A DNA stretch of 64,000 nucleotides, from positions 133,168-197,167 of the forward strand of contig CAVOHX010000009.1 of the NCBI GenBank assembly GCA_963695825.1, in the 5' to 3' direction. The notes beneath the pieces were generated by a model. The model ran no database searches, had not been told where the DNA came from, and worked only from the letters and a program-made list of their open reading frames with translations. Below, one piece after another: positions 16,154 through 25,707 of the stretch. The position numbers were made by a program, and so were the translations under genes. Source of the stretch: an uncultured Chloroflexia bacterium. Lineage in GTDB: Bacteria > Chloroflexota > Anaerolineae > Promineifilales > UBA4811. Within the stretch, counting starts at the first letter, position 1; each line of letters opens with the position of its first letter.

Positions 16154-18631
16154 ATGCTGACAAGGCGACCATTGCTGTGGCTTGCGCCGGTGGTGCTGAT
16201 ACTGCTGATCTCTGGCTGTTCCCGCGCCGACGAACCGGCCGGAACACTGGTCCCGGCCGAGGCTACACCGGAGCAAGCGAGCGAGCCTGAACCGACCCCG
16301 CTGCCCGAGATAACGATCGTCGAGCGCGAGCAGTTGGTGGTGGGCGTCGATGCGGCGTTCCCACCCTTTGTGGATCTCAATCGGGATGGCGAGTATATCG
16401 GCATCGAGGTTGATCTATTTGCCGCCATCGCTGATCTCGCCGGCCTGGACTATCAGCTTCAGAGCGCCGACTGGGACGCAGTTTTCGACGACCTGATTAG
16501 TGGGCGGTTCAACATGGTGTTTGGAGGGCTGGTGCAAGACAATGCGCCAGCCGCCCTGGTCGAGCTCACAGAGCCCTACTTTGAGTTGGGCCAGGTGGCG
16601 GTCACGCGGGGGAATAGAGAAGACATCACGGCTCTGGAAGACCTGGCGGGCGCCACCGTTGGCGTCGTTCCTCTCTCCTGGGGAGAATATGCCGTCACGG
16701 GCCAGTCGTCCTCCTTGCCAGGAGGCTACCAGGTGCCGCCAGGCAACATCCGGCATTATGACACCGCCGAGAAGCTGGTGGAAGCGCTCTTTGCTGACTA
16801 TGTGGATGTCATTGTCACCGATCACACGGTGATCGAGAGCTTTCTCGCCGTCAACCCAGACGATATGCGCGTTCTGCGGCCGCGGGGCCAGGAGGGAGAA
16901 GGGGCGGGCTCCGACGCATGGCTGGCGGCTCATCGTTTTCACATCGCGGTCCCCAAGGGGGCCGACGAGTTGCTCGCCTCACTGAACGCAGCCATTGAGC
17001 AGGCCCGGTCCGAGGGCCAGATTGCGGCGGTAATGGAGGGGTGGGGCTTTGTACCCGAGTTTGTCGAACGCCCCCGATTCGTCCAGGACGCCGGGGCATC
17101 CTCGCTGATTGCGGGCGTCGAAAAGGTGGACGATATGACGGTTCGATTCGTCCTCAACCGACCGGACCCCAACTTTGATTACAAAATGGCGGTCCCGGCG
17201 ATGGCCATCCATAGCCCGGCGAACCTAGAGCTGTACGCCGGCGGGGACCTCGGTCTGAACCCGGTTGGCACCGGTCCATATGGTCTGGCTGGATGGGAGC
17301 CAGGCCAGGCGCTCACGCTGACCGCCAGTCCCAGCTATTGGGGAGTGGCGCCGCTGATTGACACGATTCTGGTGCGGACGGTCCCGGACGCGGCCGAACG
17401 ATTTCGATTGTTAAAGGCCGGCGAGGTTCAGTTGGTGGACAGCCTGGGGCCAGAGGACTTGGCGGCGCTCGAAGAAGAGGAAGATGAAAAGATCGTCGTC
17501 TATCCCCGGGCGCCGGTCAACATCGCTTACCTGGGTATGAATCGTGATACGGCGCCGTTTGACGAGCGCCTGGTTCGGTTGGCGGTAGCCACGTGTATCG
17601 ATCAACCGGCGCTGGTAGAGACGGTGTATCCGACGGGCACGCTGGTGGCGCACCAGTTCGTGCCGCCTAACACTTTTGGCTTTTCCCCAGGATTGCTGTG
17701 GTACGATCAGGACAGTGAAGGCGCCGCGGCATTGCTCGCGGATGCCGGGTATTCTGCGGAGCTTGCACTGACCTTGAGCTTTGCCAATGTGCCCAGCGAC
17801 TACCTGCCTGAACCGAGGTTGATCGCCGAGGCGATCCGGGGCCAGCTTGGCGCCTGTGGGATCACGACCACATTGGAGAGCCTCGACGCCGACACGTATG
17901 TTGAACGCCTGGAGGCAGGCGAGCTGCCGTTGCATCTGGGTGGCTGGTCGGCCGATTATCCCGGCCCGATCAGTTTTTTGAACACCCATTTCACCGGCGT
18001 GGGGACCGGTCTGCAATTCGGCGCCCCTTTTCCGGAGGTAGTTGAGCGGCTCGAGCAGGCGGCCGAGAGTTCAGATCGTACGCTTCGCCAGGAGCTATAC
18101 AATCAGGTGAATCAGTTGCTTAAGGAAAAGGTCGTTTTCGTGCCCTTGGCGCATGGTAGCTCGGCGCTGGCTGCCCGATCCACGCTGAACGGTGTCGTCA
18201 CCAACCCTGTGCGGCGGGAATCACTGACCCGGGTGGGACCCTTTACGGACACAGCGACGATCACCACTTTTGTCTATGCCGTGCGCAGCGATCCGCTCTC
18301 CTTGGATCCGACCGACGAATGGGATGATGCAACATTCGAGATAACCAGCCAGGTTTATGACACGTTGGTCGATTTCGAGCCGGCGACGACAGTGCTCACG
18401 CAGGGGCTGGCGATCGAGTGGTCCTCCAACGAGAGCTATGATGTCTGGGAATTCACCCTGCGGCCGGGGGTGCGTTTCCAGGACGGAACGCCGCTAACTG
18501 CCGACGCCGTTATCGTGAACTTTGAACGGCTGTGGGATCCAGAACACCCGTGGCGCAACGGTCGCACAGGGGCATTTCGGTATTTTCGGGCGCTTTTTGG
18601 GGGCTTTAAGGAACCTCAAGGGCGACAGTAG
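16154..18631 (+). CDS. Second lipoprotein with an SBP family 3 domain fused to a circularly permuted SBP family 5 domain (paralog of 1986-4505).
   Basis: Lipobox ISGC. SBP3 block LVVGVDAAFPPFVDLN...GIEVDLFAAIADLAG. The SBP5 core starts at VEKVDDMTVRFVL and includes PVGTGPYGLAGWEPGQALTLTASPSYWG. The canonical SBP5 N-terminal block (FVYAVRSDPLSLDP...WEFTLRPGVRFQDGTPLTADAV...AFRYFRALFGG) sits at the C-terminus. Confidence 0.85.
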   Translation: MLTRRPLLWLAPVVLILLISGCSRADEPAGTLVPAEATPEQASEPEPTPLPEITIVEREQLVVGVDAAFPPFVDLNRDGEYIGIEVDLFAAIADLAGLDYQLQSADWDAVFDDLISGRFNMVFGGLVQDNAPAALVELTEPYFELGQVAVTRGNREDITALEDLAGATVGVVPLSWGEYAVTGQSSSLPGGYQVPPGNIRHYDTAEKLVEALFADYVDVIVTDHTVIESFLAVNPDDMRVLRPRGQEGEGAGSDAWLAAHRFHIAVPKGADELLASLNAAIEQARSEGQIAAVMEGWGFVPEFVERPRFVQDAGASSLIAGVEKVDDMTVRFVLNRPDPNFDYKMAVPAMAIHSPANLELYAGGDLGLNPVGTGPYGLAGWEPGQALTLTASPSYWGVAPLIDTILVRTVPDAAERFRLLKAGEVQLVDSLGPEDLAALEEEEDEKIVVYPRAPVNIAYLGMNRDTAPFDERLVRLAVATCIDQPALVETVYPTGTLVAHQFVPPNTFGFSPGLLWYDQDSEGAAALLADAGYSAELALTLSFANVPSDYLPEPRLIAEAIRGQLGACGITTTLESLDADTYVERLEAGELPLHLGGWSADYPGPISFLNTHFTGVGTGLQFGAPFPEVVERLEQAAESSDRTLRQELYNQVNQLLKEKVVFVPLAHGSSALAARSTLNGVVTNPVRRESLTRVGPFTDTATITTFVYAVRSDPLSLDPTDEWDDATFEITSQVYDTLVDFEPATTVLTQGLAIEWSSNESYDVWEFTLRPGVRFQDGTPLTADAVIVNFERLWDPEHPWRNGRTGAFRYFRALFGGFKEPQGRQ

Positions 18632-18718
18632 CAGGTGTTCAACGAGGATCGAGGTTTGCGGTGGAATCGCGCGCTTTATTTCTCACGTCTGCCCGCCCGA
18701 GCATCTCACCGGCTTGGG

Positions 18719-19385
18719 TCAGGGCCGGTGCTCTGAACTCTGGGTGCGCTGGCGTGCTTTGGCCCGTGGCCCCACCATCCGCTCAGTGCCGGCCCGCAAA
18801 CGTCGGATATTGGGCAACAACGCCAGCACGACAGATGTAGCGGTCAAGATGCCATAAAGCGGGTGAACCCAGGATCCATCCCCGACAGCGGCTCGTAGGG
18901 CAAATCCGACCGGTATGGAAATGGCAACGACCAGGGATGTCACCGACGCATAGCCGGTGAAGTAGGAAAACCGCCACTCCGGCGGGAATGAGCGAAAAAG
19001 CGAACCCGGGCCACAGCGCCATAGCCACTCCCACGTTGGGGCCAGTTCCGGCGCCGCCGCGCAGGCCCAGAAAAATGGACCAATTGTGTCCCACGACCGC
19101 GGCGGCACCCCCCAAGACTTCGGACCATGGGAGCACGGCAGAATCCTGAAACAGCGCACGGGCCACCCACACGGCGCCCGCGCCTTTGACGAGATCGCCA
19201 AGGGCCGTGAGGATGCCCACCACGGCGCCGGCGGCACGCATGGCGTTGGTGCCTCCGGTCCGACCACTGCCGTGCTGGCGCAGATCCTCCCCTTTGAATA
19301 GGAAAACCAGCAGATACCCGATTGGGAGTGAGCCGATCAGGTAGCCGATGGTTAGCGCCCCGGCGATGGCCAAAACGGAATTCAT
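18719..19385 (-). CDS. plsY: Glycerol-3-phosphate acyltransferase PlsY, with one frame break near 18965.
   Basis: ORFs 18783-19385 and 18719-19267 join as ...IPAGVAVFL|YFTGYASVTSL. Motifs: GSLPIGYL, HGSGRTGGTNAMR, GHNWSIFLGLRGGAG. Confidence 0.85.
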
Positions 19386-19463
19386 ACGGTGGTCCTTTCC
19401 ACGTGTGTCACTGATGATAACCCACGGGGGGAAAGTTGGTTACGGTTGGGGATCACGCCAGGC

Positions 19464-19493
19464 AAAAAAAGAGTGATCTACAAGATCACTCTT
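19464..19493 (-). terminator. Rho-independent terminator downstream of the ferredoxin gene.
   Basis: On the minus strand, the hairpin agagtgatc-ttgta-gatcactct is followed by TTTTTTT. Confidence 0.6.
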
Positions 19494-19558
19494 GGATACC
19501 AAATCCGCTCGTCTACCCAGCAGGGCGGGCGAGCGCCTCCTGTTGGTGAGAGCAGCGC

Positions 19559-19825
19559 TTAGGCTGCGCTGTAACCAGGCCCTTCGCTGAAAAAGCGAGC
19601 GTTCAACTCTGTGGCGTCGGCGTATTCATCGGGCACTTCGTCGTCCGTGAAAATGGCGTCAAACGGACACTCGGCCACGCATGCTCCACAGTCGATGCAT
19701 GTGTCGGGATCAATCATGTAGGTTGGCCATTCGTCCTCGGGTGCACCGGGAACGATGCATTCCACTGGACAGACGTCGACGCAAGCGCCATCTCGCTCGC
19801 AAAGTGCAGTAATTACATGTGTCAT
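19559..19825 (-). CDS. Small 2x[4Fe-4S]-type ferredoxin.
   Basis: GGAGG lies 6 nt before the ATG at 19825. Two cysteine clusters are present: CERDGACVDVCP and CIDCGACVAECP. Confidence 0.85.
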   Translation of the reverse strand: MTHVITALCERDGACVDVCPVECIVPGAPEDEWPTYMIDPDTCIDCGACVAECPFDAIFTDDEVPDEYADATELNARFFSEGPGYSAA

Positions 19826-19876
19826 CAAATTCCTCCTGATTCAAGATTGATTATCTGGCTGCCTGTTCCGCTGCGC

Positions 19877-19905
19877 TTGACCTTTGATGGGGTCAATGTT
19901 AAGAT
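19877..19905 (+). promoter_or_regulatory. Candidate sigma70-type promoter (TTGACC-17 nt-TAAGAT). An inverted repeat TTGACC/GGTCAA overlaps the -35 box and spacer.
   Basis: The hexamers and 17-nt spacing were read directly. The site lies about 145 nt upstream of the small zinc-ribbon ORF. Confidence 0.4.
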
Positions 19906-20050
19906 GGACAGACAGCCTGTCCTGGACAGTTCAAACGACATTCTAGTCTCAATCACCGCCTTTGTCAAGCGGTTTGGGGGTGGATGTGGGTCTCAACAGG
20001 GCAGGTTTAGTATTCAAGCAACCGAGTGGGTGGGGGAGAAGGAAAACAGG

Positions 20051-20266
20051 ATGCAGATTCGATGTCAGAGATGCGGTTGGAGTTCAAACGTCGGCCGGGA
20101 TTGGATCGCAGCAGCGATAGAAGAAGCTGACGAAAAGAAGCTCAAGTACACTCAGATCGAGTGCGGCAAATGCCGCCATAACATCAAGGTCCCAATCCGC
20201 CAAATACGACGCTTTGCTCCTCGATCGGTCACTGAGGGTGAAGACGACGCTCAAGTCGACGGCTAG
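20051..20266 (+). CDS. Small zinc-ribbon protein (71 aa), hypothetical.
   Basis: A purine-rich RBS (ggggagaaggaaaacagg) precedes the ATG at 20051. A CxxC...CxxC pair is present (CQRCGW...CGKCRH). I recognise no family. Confidence 0.45.
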   Translation: MQIRCQRCGWSSNVGRDWIAAAIEEADEKKLKYTQIECGKCRHNIKVPIRQIRRFAPRSVTEGEDDAQVDG

Positions 20267-20285
20267 CTGGGTCAGATGTTCGCAC

Positions 20286-21152
20286 TCAGAGCGTCAGCAA
20301 CCTGACACACAACTCGATGAGTTGAAAGCTGGTCGCCAGGCCGGTTCCATCCGGGTCGTGCGTTGGATCAAAACCCGTGACGGTCAACGCAGCCACGTGG
20401 CCGGCCGCAGTGACTGACTCGATGCCAGCCGCCACCGTCTCGATGGCAAGCCCGCCCGGCGCCGGGTACTCCACAGCCGGCATGGATTCTGGGTCCAGGA
20501 CATCCAGGTCAATGTGTAGATAGACCGGGGGCCACTCTTCTAACTCTCTCCCAAGATCCTGGGCGCCGGCCTGGTGCAAGTCGGTAGCGTGCCAGATTGC
20601 CACGTTCGAATCCTCGAGGGCTCGCTTTTCTTCTGGATCGAGCGAGCGCGGTCCGGCAAGCAGGATGTGCCATTCGGGTACGGCCTGCCGAAGGCCAACG
20701 GCGCGAGCCAGGTTCAACGTATCCCGGCCGGCCAGCATCGCCAGCGGCATGCCGACCAACAACCCGCTGGGGGAAGTGGTGGGGGTGTTGAAATCCCCGT
20801 GGGCGTCGAACCAGGCTACCGCCGGAAAGATGCCGGCCAATTGCAGACCCGCCACAACCCCAAGCGACGTTGTAAAGCAATCTCCACCCAACACCAAAGG
20901 GAGATAGCCGGCCGCCACCACAGATTGCACGGTGTCGGCCAACTGCCGCCCCAGGCCGATCACGCGCTCCACGGCAGGCTGATCCGCCGCCGGCGGGGGA
21001 AGGCTGACCCAGAGGGCACGCTCCACCTGGCGAGCAACGAGTTCCACCAGGCCCGCCTGTTGCCACACCGAGGCGGCAGCGTGGCTGACCAGGCTCAGTT
21101 CGTGCGCAGACTGCGCCAGTGCATAGGGTACGCTGATCACCACCAGGTTCAT
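20286..21152 (-). CDS. Arginase/agmatinase/formiminoglutamase-family ureohydrolase. The start could also be the GTG at 21185.
   Basis: Metal-binding motifs WFDAHGDFNTP and HIDLDVLDP are present. The first motif reads GGDCF instead of the canonical GGDHS. Confidence 0.75.
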   Translation of the reverse strand: MNLVVISVPYALAQSAHELSLVSHAAASVWQQAGLVELVARQVERALWVSLPPPAADQPAVERVIGLGRQLADTVQSVVAAGYLPLVLGGDCFTTSLGVVAGLQLAGIFPAVAWFDAHGDFNTPTTSPSGLLVGMPLAMLAGRDTLNLARAVGLRQAVPEWHILLAGPRSLDPEEKRALEDSNVAIWHATDLHQAGAQDLGRELEEWPPVYLHIDLDVLDPESMPAVEYPAPGGLAIETVAAGIESVTAAGHVAALTVTGFDPTHDPDGTGLATSFQLIELCVRLLTL

Positions 21153-21207
21153 CGTGGAGAAACCGGACCGCCCCCCGTGCTGCACGCATCACGGGGGGCG
21201 GCGGTCA

Positions 21208-22332
21208 TCAATACCGCAGGAGCGCGCCTATGCCGCCGGCCGCGTCCAGCGCCTCTTTTTGTTCAACGATCTCGATACCGCCTCCCTGTTCCGTGACCCG
21301 TTGAATGGCCATTTCCACCGCGTCTGGGATCTCGCTGACCTCGCCGGCGCAAAACGGGCAGGCGCTCAGTTGCTGCGAGGTAATGTACGCGCAGCTGCTT
21401 GCAGCGATACCCTGGGGCGTGGTAGCCGTCACTGACGATTAGGGTCTTTACCCGACCCTCATAGACCGCGCCCAACGTGTCGTCGAGCCGGATGACCCCA
21501 TTGCTGCCCTTGGCGGCCGCCGTGACCACAGTCGAAACGAGCGCCGCCTCGCGCTCCTGATCAGCCACCTGGACTATCTCGAGCGATCGCTCCATCACTT
21601 CGTTCTCGTTGGCTATCATGTCGATCGAAAAACTACCCACTACCGCGTCCTGGACTGGTTTTGGCAGCAGTTCTTGAAACTGGGCGACTATGGCGTCGGT
21701 GCCGGCAAGTAGCAGGTGTTGGAGTTTGCGATCCTGGAAAAACGTGTGGTTGCTTCCGCGACCTCGCGCAGGTTTTGGCTGGCGAGTTCACGCTCGCGCT
21801 GGGAACCTCCCCGGCCGCCGCTGCGACTTGCGATGCCTCCCCCTCTGGAAGACCCACCGCCCTTTTTGAGCCGGCGAATCTCTTCTCCCACATAACCGCC
21901 AGTCTCAACGAGCTGGCCCATGTGAAAGTCGAATAGCCGTGCGCCCTGCCGATCGACGATCACGACCCCATAACTACCATACAGGTCAAAGAGGTGGACC
22001 AGCGGTCGGATGAATGGCTTGGGGCCGATCTCCAGGCGGCTGCGGCCCAAGGGCACTGCGAGAGAATAGGTTCTCCACAGCCCGGCCGCCTGGTTGGAAA
22101 ATAGCACCACGCCCCGTCCGCTCCAATCATACTCGTGCTCAAAGAACTTGCTTATTGCCTCCAGATCAGCTTCCAATTCTGGTTGCTGAGCGTCCTTGAG
22201 GAGTCCACGCAACCGGAGTCGATAGGCGTCCACGGTCCTCTGCATGGGGTCAACATTGAGGTACAGGCTGACCACAGAGGTCTCTTGTGGTTCGTAGGCA
22301 GCCAATTCTTGAAGTTCCTTTTCGGTAATCAT
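21208..22332 (-). CDS. eRF1/Pelota-like (bacterial archaeo-eukaryotic release factor-type) protein with a C-terminal zinc ribbon. Two frame breaks near 21740 and 21399.
   Basis: TAAGGAGG RBS precedes the ATG at 22332. The three fragments join at a T5 run (...TTRFFQDRKLQHLLLAGTD...) and at GYRC|SSCAYITSQQLSACPFCAG. A Gly/Arg/Ser-rich loop is present (KKGGGSSRGGGIASRSGGRGG). Confidence 0.7.
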
Positions 22333-22349
22333 CGCATCGTACCTCCTTA

Positions 22350-23555
22350 TTAGTTGGATAAACACTCCACTTCTTGGACGGCGGTATCCAGGCCAGTCCA
22401 AGCCCTACACACCGCTGGTCTAACGGGGCATCTCTCCAGTTCTAGCGTGACCGTGATAGACTCGCCATCACGGATCACCATGAATTCTACCAGGTCACCT
22501 ATATGTTTTTCTTTTTCAAGCAAGAGGGTCAACTCGTCTCTGGTCTTGATGGATTGGCCGTCAGCCGCGACGATGACATCGCCGCCATTGAACACGATGC
22601 GGCGCCCCTGCCGCACGGCCTCGGCCGGGCGCAACCCGGCTCGATCGGCCGGACCACCTGGCGTGACCTCAATGATCAGCAAACCGTTTTCAGGACCTGA
22701 CTCGGAGGGCCTGAGTTCGAAGGAGAGCTCGTAGGAGGAAAAACCGGTCCAGGGGTGGGGAAAGTAACCGCGGCTGATCAACTCTGGCACCACCCGCATG
22801 ACGGTCTCGGCCGGGATGGCAAAGCCGATGCCGACGGACCCTCCGCTGGGAGAACGGATGGCGGTGTTGACGCCGACCACCCGGCCGGAGGCATCCAGCA
22901 GAGGTCCACCCGAGTTGCCGGGGTTGATGGCGGCGTCGGTTTGGATGACCTCGCCCAGCGCCTGTCCTCCCTCGGTTTCAATGGACCGTCCAAGCGCGCT
23001 GACCACGCCGCTCGTGAGGGTCCAGTCGAGGCCGAATGGATTCCCGATGGCGATGACGCGTTGACCGACGCGCAGCCCGGCTGCGCTACCCAGTTCAACG
23101 GGCACGATCAGCTCGGCCGGCGCCTCGATCCGCACCACCGCCAGGTCATTGTACGGATCGGCTCCCACCAACTCGGCCGGGTAGGCGGTTCCGTCCGTCA
23201 ACAGTACCTCGATCTCTTGCGCGTTCTCTATGACGTGGTAATTGGTGACAATGTGACCGCGCTCATCCAAAAAGAAACCCGAACCGCTGCCCTCGCTGGG
23301 AACCACGCCGCGCCAAAAATCGTACACCTCGGACCGGCTGGTGATGTGAACCACCGACGGGCTGACCCGTTCGTACAGGTTGATGATGCGCTCTTCTTCG
23401 CTTTGGACGACCCCCTCTCTAGCCTCGGCGGTGAACGGGGTGGGCGTAGCTACGATTATCCAGGGGGTGGACGTCGCAGCGGGCGCTGCCGTGGGCGCAG
23501 GAAGCGTGAACGAGCAGGCCAGCCCCGCGACGCCAAGTAGCGCTATTGCGAACAT
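22350..23555 (-). CDS. HtrA/DegP-family trypsin-like serine protease with a PDZ domain (copy 2). Lipoprotein-like signal peptide.
   Basis: Signal peptide MFAIALLGVAGLAC. Motifs: HVITS..., GSGSGFFLDERGHIVTNYHV, DLAVVRI, TDAAINPGNSGGPLLD, and a PDZ-like domain LLIIEVTPGGPADRAGLR. Confidence 0.85.
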   Translation of the reverse strand: MFAIALLGVAGLACSFTLPAPTAAPAATSTPWIIVATPTPFTAEAREGVVQSEEERIINLYERVSPSVVHITSRSEVYDFWRGVVPSEGSGSGFFLDERGHIVTNYHVIENAQEIEVLLTDGTAYPAELVGADPYNDLAVVRIEAPAELIVPVELGSAAGLRVGQRVIAIGNPFGLDWTLTSGVVSALGRSIETEGGQALGEVIQTDAAINPGNSGGPLLDASGRVVGVNTAIRSPSGGSVGIGFAIPAETVMRVVPELISRGYFPHPWTGFSSYELSFELRPSESGPENGLLIIEVTPGGPADRAGLRPAEAVRQGRRIVFNGGDVIVAADGQSIKTRDELTLLLEKEKHIGDLVEFMVIRDGESITVTLELERCPVRPAVCRAWTGLDTAVQEVECLSN

Positions 23556-23587
23556 GATGGATCGCAATGCGCGAACGGGAAGCAGCG

Positions 23588-24712
23588 TCAAGGGCGTACT
23601 CCCAGCGTCAACGGGACTTGGATCGTGTTGCCATCGCGAAACACGGTCAGATTGATGACCTGGCCCGGCTCTGTCTTGCCAACCAGGTAGCTTATCAGAT
23701 CGGGAAAAGTCGGTGAGTGACTGGCCGTCAACCTGGGTGATAAAGTCCCCCGCACGCAGGCCGGCATCCTCGGCCGGGCCGCCCGCGATCACCTCGGTAA
23801 CGTACACTCCACGGCTGTCAGGCAGTCCCAACTCTTCCACCGCGAACAGGTTGACTTCCTGCAGGCCGGTCATGCCCATCCACGAATAGGTGTAGGAACC
23901 ATCGCGAATCAGATGAGGGAGCAGTTTCTTGGCCGTGTTGATAGGGGAGGCAAACCCGACGCCGGTGTTTACGCCCGTGTCAGAGCGGATGGCGGTGTTG
24001 ATTCCGATGACCCGACCTCTCATGTCCAGCAGCGGCCCGCCCGAGTTGCCTGGGTTGATCGCGGCGTCAGTCTGGATTATGTCGGGGTTGGAGTATCCGG
24101 CCCCGGTGGGGTCGCGGTCGCGCTGGGATTCGAGCCTGCGCCCCAAGCCACTGACAATGCCTACGGTCATGGTGCTCTGGAGTCCAAAGGGGTTGCCGAT
24201 GGCAATTACCTGCTGGCCTACCTGAACTACCTCCGAGTCGCCAAGTTCCAACGGAGCGACGCCGGCCGGTATCGAATCGAGCTCGAGAACCGCAAGGTCG
24301 GCGTCCAGGTCCGAGCCGATTACGTGACCGCGCGTCCGGCTCGAATCCCAAAAGATGATCTCGATATCCTCTCCCTGCAGAACAACATGGTTGTTCGTAA
24401 GAACGTGTTTTTCATTATCGATCAAGAAACCGGACCCGCTGCCCAGGGGGATTCCGCTGGCATATATCTGGATGTGGACCACCGCCGGGTTAACCTGCTG
24501 GTACAAAGGAATCAGGCTGTCGCTCTGGTCAGAGACGATGACGGGTTGAGCCGGGGTGGGTTCCGGCGCCGCCCTCCGTCGGTTGGGTCTCTCGGGTGGG
24601 GGCTATCAGCGGTGTTGGTGTAGCCAGCGCCGGGCTCAAACAAGCGACGGCCAGTCAACGATAGCACGATGATCAGCAGCCCGACCCATCGGATAGGGTG
24701 TGAACGCGTCAT
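23588..24712 (-). CDS. HtrA/DegP-family serine protease with a PDZ domain (copy 1). Frame breaks near 24600 (C5 run) and 23703 (C3 run).
   Basis: An N-terminal anchor ORF (24512-24712) joins the protease body (GSGSGFLIDNEKHVLTNNHV, DLAVLEL, TDAAINPGNSGGPLLD). Removing one C restores the PDZ tail ...DFSDLISYLVGKTEPGQVINLTVFRDGNTIQVPLTLGVRP and a stop at 23588. The 718-aa ORF in the track is a read-through artefact. Confidence 0.8.
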
Positions 24713-24716
24713 TGGT

Positions 24717-25665
24717 TTACCTTTTGCGCAAAGCAGCTAGTTCATTAAAGAGTTTTTGTTCCCGGTCGGTCAGATTGGTTGGAATCTGGATCACCACACG
24801 GGCATATAGATCGCCGCGTCCGGCTCCACGCAATTTCGGCATCCCTTTACCCCTCAGCCGAAAAAGCTGGTTGCTTTGGGTGCCAGCAGGAATCTTGAGG
24901 GTAAGGTCTCCGCCCAAGGTCTCTACAATGGTTTCGCCTTCCAGGACGGCCGCAAAGAGATCCACTGGCACATCGACGTGCAGGTCGTCGCCTTTACGTT
25001 GGTAGCGGGCGTGGGCAGCCACGGCGACCTTGAGATAGAGATCGCCTGTGATATCGCCCGACCCGGGGTACGCCTGACCTGCCGCCGGATCCTATTGGTT
25101 CCAGTGGCGGCGCCGGGAGGGATTGTGGCGCGCAAGCGGTTCCCGCTTCGTTCCAACATGCGCGTCGTGCCGTGGTAGGCTTCTTCAAGGGTGATCTGGA
25201 CGGGCTGTTCCACGTCGCGCCCACGAGTCACCCGCCCTGCACCGCGACGTGAACCTGCACCGGGCACGCCGCCAAAGAGGTCGCGTCGAAAAAGTCCGAA
25301 AACCCTCCGGCGCCTGCGCCGCGACCAAACAGATCACCGAGGTCGGAGAACTCGACTCGCACGCCACCGCGGGGAGCGCCGCCCGAGGACACCCACTGCG
25401 ACCAGTCAAAGTCAGAAGGGCTGCGGCCGGACCGTTGCCATTGTTGCCAGTTGGATCCCAATTGATCGTATTTGGACCGTTTGCCCGGATCGCTCAGGAC
25501 CTGGTAGGCTTCGTTTATCTCCTTGAAACGGTCCTCGGCCGACTTGTCGTCGGGTTTCAGATCCGGGTGGTGCTCGCGCGCCAATTTCCGGTAGGCGCGC
25601 TTGATGTCGGCCGGGCTGGCATTCCGGTCAACGCCCAGCACCTGGTAATAGTCCTTATAGTCCAT
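24717..25665 (-). CDS. cbpA: J-domain co-chaperone lacking the zinc finger (CbpA/DnaJ class II-like). Two frame breaks near 25281 and 25085.
   Basis: J domain [31 protein letters not shown]. Three fragments join to give the C-terminal substrate-binding repeats ([14 protein letters not shown]..., [28 protein letters not shown]..., [12 protein letters not shown]). Confidence 0.8.
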
Positions 25666-25707
25666 AGTCTAGCACAGTCTTACAAATCGGCCGTCCGGGC
25701 TGATTCC

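Noticed and set aside
22350-24506. A 718-aa ORF that looks like a single double-protease (HtrA-HtrA) polyprotein.
   Set aside because: Removing one C from a CCC run near 23703 restores a normal PDZ C-terminus and a stop at 23588 for the first HtrA. The second HtrA has its own Met and a lipoprotein-type signal peptide starting at 23555. The fusion is a read-through caused by a probable indel.
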